From contig NC_086097.1 of NCBI RefSeq assembly GCF_963921235.1, positions 228,100,001 through 228,164,000 of the forward strand: a stretch of DNA of 64,000 nucleotides, given 5' to 3'. The DNA is from Mobula hypostoma. Taxonomy: Eukaryota. Position numbers and translations under genes: made by a program. Below the pieces are notes generated by a model. It was not told the origin of the DNA. It did not search any database and saw only the letters and a program-made list of their open reading frames with translations. Positions 59,296 through 64,000 of this stretch are shown one piece after another (position 1 is the stretch's first letter; each line of letters opens with the position of its first letter).

Positions 59296-60695
59296 AGTTC
59301 CAATATAATGGGTACTTTCCATCAATGGATCTGGCTAAATTTGCTAGGGTTTATTAACTCATTAGCAAACAGTCTGGTGAAATATCAATTAACATGTCAA
59401 TATAATAATTCTAAATCAAAATCTTGATTTGAAAATCTTTTTTTTGTCACCCAGTACTGCCTCTGGCTTAAATATAATTCCAGTTCCTTATTGAATGTAC
59501 TTCCAAACTGAGCTCTTCCTTTCATATTACCACTTAAATTCTTTTGAGTGCTGGTCTTAGACTTAGATCTGCAGGTTGCTGAAATGTGATCCTTTGGTAA
59601 CAACACTTTTCTGTTCCAGACAGACAATAGTGTTGTGGGAAATATCCGTCGTAACAGTCGCTACTGACTGAACTGATCCTACCTGTATACTTCAAACTCT
59701 GTTTTGTAGCTTGCTACTCTTTTCTGTGTACTTGTTATACCAGTCGCTCAATGGTGACAACATTCCCTAATATCCTCGGATACCAATTCCATCATTTTAT
59801 ATACAAATTCACATGAAAAGCTTTGCATACTCAACTGTGGCTGAATGCATTCGTTACCCTATCTCCATGTAAACCCGTACACAACAAAATCTCAAGTGGC
59901 TCTGCAGGGCTAAGTTCCTTAATGAGTCAACGTACTCATAACTTTCTCATCACGGTCATACTTCAGCTGCTTCAACAGATCCAGATCCTCGCACAACATC
60001 TTTAAACGTGACATTCCTAATGTTGCTTTGCTCAATAAGATTTCACAGCGTGTCATTTCCTAGTCGTAGCCTGTTCATTGAAGGATTATCTTCATGTGTC
60101 ATATGTACATTAAAATGACAAAACCTACAGCGAAGTGCGTGGTTTGTGTCGATGATCAACACAGTCCGAGGACGTGCCGGGGGCAGCCCGCAAGTGTTGC
60201 CGTCCTTCTGGCACCGACACCACATGCCACCGGATTTGTAATCCTAACCCGTACGTCTTTGAAATGTAGTAGAATACCAGAGCACCCAGAGGAAATCCAC
60301 ACGGTCACAAGGAGAGTGTACAATTCCCCACAGTCAACAGTGAGAATTGAAGCTTAATGGCTGGCATAACGCTAACTGCTGTGCAACTGTACCACTTCAC
60401 TGTGTTACATGTTCCATCACTTTGGGTTCTCAATGTCATTACCTCGTTCAATTTCTACTACTTTGAAGCATTAGTGAATTCGTTCAACATAAGAACAGAA
60501 TATTACTTAGGCTCAGTCATTAATATGGAGACTCCCGATAGATCCATTCATGGGTAGCTATGTTGTCCTTTTGCTAATCACCATTGGCAACCTAAGCTTG
60601 GTGCATCATTAGTCTGGGGACCCTCCCTTGCCATTAAGAGGCTGCATGTGCTATACACTCTAATCAGTTTCAAGAGCTTAGGACATATGCATTTC

Positions 60696-61547
60696 CACTG
60701 GACAACAAAGGTCTTGCTTCCTGAATACTTTTGGGTATATCTTATGGATTTTGGACTGCTGATCACGAAAGTCGCCGTGAACTTTCCCTATTAACGCACC
60801 TTTTTTAAAAAAAAAATCACCTATATTTGTTATTTCAATTCATAGTTCAAGTCAGAATAATGGAGGGCAAGATTGAGGACGGGATTTTTGTTGGTCTACA
60901 AATCAAACAGGTCATCAATGACAGGCAATTCGAAGAACTTCTCGTGGATCTAGAGAAAATGGCATGGAAGGCATTCAAGGATGTTGTTGAAAACTTTCTT
61001 GGCAACTACAGAGCACCAAACTACATGCTTCAAGCACACAAGACCATGAAGTACAACATGACACTGAAGATTCACTTTCCGCATTCCCATTTAGACTTCT
61101 TCCCTGCAAAACTTGGCACTGTCTGTGACGAGCATGGTGAAAGGTTTCACCAGGACATTTCGGACATGGAGCAACGGTATCAGGGCAACTGGAATCCATC
61201 AGTGCAAGCTGTTTATTGTTGGATATTTAAGCAAGAAGCCTCAGACACTTGAGTACAAATGAAAATCATCAACAAAACTATAGCTGAATTGAACTATTGC
61301 AAAGCGTCAGAACCATCATGCAATTAAACGCATTATATTCTACCACTACTACTACTACTAGTATTTATGATTATATTATATTTATTATTTATGATTATGT
61401 TCAATGAAAATTAATTTCTTGTTTCTCCAAATTCTTACGTGATACAAGTAGTCTGAAATTATATTTGTGTTCAGCTTTAAGCAGTCTATCATAAACAAAT
61501 TAAAATTCTAAGGAAGCAACACTTCTGAAAAAATTTCTTGTCTCGTG
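60696..61547 (+). mobile_element. Internally deleted Chapaev-type (CMC superfamily) DNA transposon with transposase C-terminal fragment
   Basis: ORF 60827-61252 'GIFVGLQI…AWKAFKDVVENFLGN…LKIHFPHSHLDFFP…DEHGERFHQDI…YQGNWN' is the Chapaev3-type transposase signature. Imperfect TIRs CACTGGACAACAAA / TTTCTTGTCTCGTG, with subterminal TTGCTTCC / GGAAGCAA. Confidence 0.82.
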
Positions 61548-61885
61548 TAATTACAGGTGTACTATGGAACTTCACATTTGAGCAACATGCTCACCTGAAC
61601 CTATCAAGGAAGAGACTCACATCAATCTCCTTTAATAGACCAACAGGAAAGCATCCCCACCCCCAATGCCAATTCATAATGAGTTCATACCATACGTGAC
61701 ACAGCATAGATGGATGTAATGTTTTAAATGAAATTAATCCTTAGTTAGTCACTGTTCCATCCATGTTAATGAGATGTGAATCTCACAAACCTGCAACATT
61801 TGTAGTGTGCTGTGGAAAGTGCAGTTATTTAAGCTTTAACATTAGACAAATATTCAGGTTTTCCTGGCTTTTTTTGCTGATTCTA

Positions 61886-61913
61886 CAGTACTATGTAAAT
61901 GTCTTAGGCACCC

Positions 61914-61960
<47 letters not shown>

Positions 61961-62387
61961 CTAAGACTTTTGCACAGTACTGTAGTAACTTTATGTATTG
62001 CACTGTACTGCTGCCGCAAAAAAAAACAATATTTCATGACATACGTGAGTGATTCTGATATGGGTCTGTGTTGTGGATTGAGAGTGGGAGGGGGGTAGGG
62101 AGTGGGAATTACCAGAGAGATATTTGCTAATGATAAATAAACCAATTATTTGGAATCAAATGTCCTTGCCTGGCGTCTCGGGGCTGGGTGTGTCTGCACC
62201 TGCTCCAACCTCTCCCCCTTCCCTGCCAACTGTCTAACACCCCTCCCGCAGTGCTGCTCCCTCACCATTTCCAACATCCTTTGCTCCCGCCAGATTTACA
62301 GACTCACTCTCCAGTCCATGTTGACAAATACTGTACTGTGCAAAAGACTTAGACACCATATGTGCCTAAGATTTCTGCACAGTACTA
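61886..62387. mobile_element. Composite Tc1/mariner-type MITE: two mini-hairpin MITEs (61886-61982, 62331-62387) flanking cargo
   Basis: Each unit approximates CAGTACTGTGCAAAAGTCTTAGGCAC…GTGCCTAAGACTTTTGCACAGTACTG with TA flanks. Confidence 0.75.
61922..61959. repeat. (TG)n microsatellite
   Basis: About 19 TG units in the loop of the first mini-MITE. Confidence 0.95.
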
Positions 62388-63376
62388 TATGTTTCTTATG
62401 AAGGTTATCAAGAAGCCAACTGACTTAAAGTTCTTTGCTTCGGAGAGCAAACTTCATGATTTACAAACATATGTAAAGTTACTATCTGTTGTGTGTTCCT
62501 TGCTGCTGATTTGGTTTACAACCCCTTCCCACTCTGCCACATCGCAATGGAAGCACAGTGAGTCTGGCAGAATAGGAACACTGCTTCTGTCACCAACTAT
62601 AAATTACCAACTTCAACCAGCAACAAGTACAGAAGCAGCAAAAACATATTTTTAAAACAAACTAAAACTGCACACTGGCTCTCAAAGCCAAGAGGAGTAA
62701 AACAGGAAGCCCGGACTGGTTGAGCAGTCCGTTAGAGTACATGTAAGTTCAGCACACTCTGGTGTTCTTCCACAGAACACCAAGATGCTGTACCCTCCCC
62801 CCCCCCACTCAAAAAAAGATTCAGTGCACATTCAAGTATAGGTAGTGCTATTAACCAGGGTCATTGGGAAATCCCTTACTTCATTTATAAGCATGGCTTC
62901 CCATCATGGATCACTCGGATCTCTTGTGGCCCATTTCAGCAGCTGGCTGATCGTAAATTATGTTTGTTGTGTATCGTCCCGAGTAACATGTTCCTATATT
63001 TAGTATTGGTATTTAGCATTGCATTACCAGATATCTGATTCCTTCTTGAATCCTGTCAATCCAGAATTTTCTGTGAGTGTCCAAAGGGGTCTCCCACTCA
63101 TTTGCTGTAGCTGCAAGTGAAGAGGCTTGGAAAAAGGGCAAGAGAGTAGTTGACCCCGGGGTTTCTATTTCTGTAGCCTTCGTGTCAGAGTCTTAAAGGG
63201 ATGAGTGGGATCATTTTTAGAACTTCCACCCCCTTCCCACCCACCCCATGTAGGTTTTGGTTGACCTGGATCCCACCTCCACATTAAAGTAAATTTTGAA
63301 CATTTTAATAGACACAGACTTGTCGCATGCAATTCGCCAATCAGGAGGCATGGTGGAGATGGATATGATGATAAGA

Positions 63377-63718
63377 GGCACAGATCGAGGAGATAACCAG
63401 AGACTTATTCCCATGGTGGAAAAGGCTAGTACAGGGTGTATAATTTAAAAGTCATTGAAGGACAGTATAAGGGGGGATGTCAAAGGTATTTTTTTTGACA
63501 CCAAGAGCGGTGGGTGCACGGAACACATCACCGAGGTGGTGGTGGAGGTATTAGGGGTATTTAAGAACCTCTTAGGTAGACACATGGGTGATAGAAAAAT
63601 GGAGTGTTATGTAGGAGAGAAACATTAGTTTGATCTTAGAGTAGATCAAAGGGTTGGCACAATCTGGTGGGCTGAAGGGCCAGGACTGTGCTGTAGTATT
63701 CAATTTTCCATGTTCTAT
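63377..63718 (+). mobile_element. CR1 3' end
   Basis: GGGGGATGTCAAAGGTA…GGGCTGAAGGGCC…GTGCTGTAG…TGTTCTAT tail. Confidence 0.75.
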
Positions 63719-64000
63719 AAGTGTAGATTGTTCCAGGGAGTTAGTCACATTCTGTACAAATCAGAGGGATTATCCTTGAACTTGCATCAGTTCTAGGTTA
63801 CCTGCCTCAAAAATGGTGGTCCTCCTCGGTTGTGGAGTTGGCAGAGGGTATGGAGAGTATTGGAGGAAGTGAGGCTTTTGAGCAATCTGTGCGCGGATGG
63901 GGGCAGAATAGGGAGAGAATAATTGTGATTCCTCTTGAGTCTGGTACAGCTCTTCTCCAGCTACCCAAGAACAATGTGATTTTATTTACTTCTTACACAA

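Noticed and set aside
1..64000. ORF-track entries as host protein-coding genes
   Set aside because: All recognisable peptides are fragments of CR1, Rex1/Babar, PLE, Gypsy, Tc1 or Chapaev proteins, or antisense shadows of them. The rest are short and have no recognisable homology.

Overview
Repeat-dense eukaryotic DNA, intergenic or deep intronic. It is inferred to come from a cartilaginous fish, probably a ray or skate, because of the HE1/V-type SINEs and the CR1, Rex1/Babar and Penelope families present. I can support no intact host protein-coding gene, rRNA or CRISPR array, and nearly all ORF-track entries are transposon fragments or their antisense shadows. Transposon content: many CR1 LINE pieces, including an ORF1 SGNH-esterase remnant and a well-preserved 1.9-kb RT copy; Rex1/Babar LINE 3' ends; RTE remnants; Penelope-like elements (PLEs); tRNA-derived SINEs; a decayed two-LTR Gypsy provirus (53264-59295); two solo LTRs; and Tc1, pogo/Tigger, Chapaev and Helitron DNA elements. 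A tRNA-Pro(TGG) pseudogene lies at about 1476-1544. Most interesting observations: (1) about ten PLE copies carry a minimal type-I hammerhead ribozyme, one with a complete core (51576-51613) and most hit at the same CpG-embedded catalytic G; (2) a canonical non-autonomous Helitron (54545-55857) encodes 23-aa STPR-like repeats; (3) a nested insertion stack at 33.5-37.8 kb contains a twin-primed CR1, a young solo LTR and a 409-bp near-perfect inverted duplication with junction microhomology; (4) a composite MITE carries a captured LINE tail. Family names come from motif recognition by eye, not database searches, and boundaries without TSDs or TIRs are approximate.
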